Source: Chiloscyllium plagiosum
Lineage: Eukaryota
Reading direction: 5' to 3'
Assembly: GCF_004010195.1 (NCBI RefSeq)
Contig: NW_025214105.1
Location: forward strand, 1-34,901
DNA: 34,901 nt
Each line of letters starts with the position of its first letter. The first letter of the stretch is position 1. The notes beneath the pieces are model-generated. The model did no database searches and was not told where the DNA came from. It was given only the letters and a program-made list of their open reading frames with translations. Positions 33,655 through 34,901 of the stretch are shown here, one piece after another. Both the position numbers and the translations under genes were made by a program.

Positions 33655-34110
33655 AAGTACAGAGCCGGTAGTAGGCATTATTGTTCATAAAAAGGAACTG
33701 GACATTCCACTTCAAACAGAGTGCTCGGGTTGAAATGTCAGAAAGTTATGCCAAACTTGTACCAAACTGTGGTTAGATCATGCTTACAAACTGCATGCAG
33801 CGCTGTTCACTGTATTATCAAACATATTAAAAATAAAAGAATTTCAGAATTACCCCTGTAAAATTACAGAGCAGGCCATGGCAAACTGAGATCAGAGAAA
33901 TCGCTTGCCTCAGAGAGTAGTTAGCCTGTGAAATTCTCTACCACAGGAAGTAGATGAAGGGGAAAAAAAACCCACTGAAACTGCTCAAGAAGGAATTAGA
34001 TAAATTTCTTATGTCTAAAGGGGTCGAAGGGAGAATGTGTGAACAGGAGGCAGCTTTGGATTAAAAATCATGATCTTAATGAATAGTGGAGCAGGCTGCA
34101 AAGGTTAAGT
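33655..34110 (+). mobile_element. Decayed CR1-clade LINE fragments
   Basis: gttatgccaaacttgtaccaaactgtggttagatca...tcagagagtagttagcctgtgaaattctctaccacaggaagtagatga...gaatagtggagcaggct. Confidence 0.65.
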
Positions 34111-34389
34111 GGCGTATTGACAGAAATTATTGCTCAGTTGCAGTTAACTCCTCAACAGTTTGTTGTTTGTGTTGTGCTTTGCAAAGATTTATCTGGTCTG
34201 CTATCTCTTCTGCCACCCCGTTATAACTTTCCCTGTGGAGGGAAACTCCCTGCACATTGATGATCAAAGGTGTTACACCACAGGGAGTGAGACACTGAAC
34301 AGTGATAATCTAAGGAATGGTTTTCCCAGTGGTGACAGTGTGAGGGGTATGAGGTGCAGGAGGTAGAGAATAAGGCAAATGATATGTCG

Positions 34390-34812
34390 ACCGTCATAGA
34401 GTGAGGATTTGTGTATAGGAGCTTCACTGCAATTGTCCAGGGACTTGGTGAGATCACATTTGATACTGAGTGCAGTTTTGATGTTAACTGATGACAGATG
34501 CTTTGGCTGTAGAGGGATTGTATCAAAGCTTTACCAAACTGATTCCTCGGATGTTGGAAAAATGTTTGAAAAGAGACTGGTTTAGCTAGAGTTACATTTA
34601 TTGGACTTGAGAAGAATGGGGTAGAGGGGTGGATTTTGTAGAAACCTATGAAATAATAACACGACAAGACAGCTTTAGCACTAAAGAAATCAAAGGTTAT
34701 GGGAGAAAGTGGGACCAGAGTACTGAGTTGAATGACCAGCCATGATCATATTGAATAACATGGCAGGCCTGATGGGCTGAATGGCCTACAGCTGCTATTT
34801 TCCATGTTTCTA
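34390..34812 (+). mobile_element. Decayed CR1-clade LINE fragments with 3' tail
   Basis: ggacttggtgagatcacatttgatactgagtgcagtttt...cagccatgatcatattgaat...gggctgaatggcctacagctgctattttccatgtttct. Confidence 0.65.
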
Positions 34813-34901
34813 CACGTTTTTTCTTCGGGATATGTAAAGAACTGGAGATAGAATAGTGTGCACCTTCATTCAGAGGGAAATCCTAGGACTGATGGGGGGG
34901 T

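Overview
Vertebrate genomic DNA, most likely from a cartilaginous fish (shark), inferred from HE1-type SINEs, CR1/HER1-type LINE fragments and Penelope-like elements. Two class A GPCR genes lie on the + strand. (i) An intronless muscarinic M2-like receptor (probable CDS 14670-16070, 466 aa) with several unusual transmembrane and pocket substitutions. (ii) A two-exon GPR139-like receptor. Its large exon is 21891-22846. The only matching first coding exon I can find is 1252-1315 (MELFLSVRKIYCMILALVGVP-G|gtaagt), too short for the ORF track. That pairing gives a ~20.6 kb intron containing the whole muscarinic gene in the same orientation. The same phase-1 donor also joins in frame to the acceptor just upstream of the muscarinic ATG, so one promoter and first exon may serve two different receptors. 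The promoter and exon 1 sit between ~200-bp inverted repeats. The intron also holds a ~6.2-kb degenerate 33-bp satellite that appears to have expanded from inside a DeuSINE, with an internal inversion and higher-order duplications, and a young Penelope fragment with a hammerhead ribozyme motif. The rest is decayed SINE/LINE/PLE sequence. Repeat family names and receptor comparisons rest on remembered sequences, and repeat boundaries are approximate.
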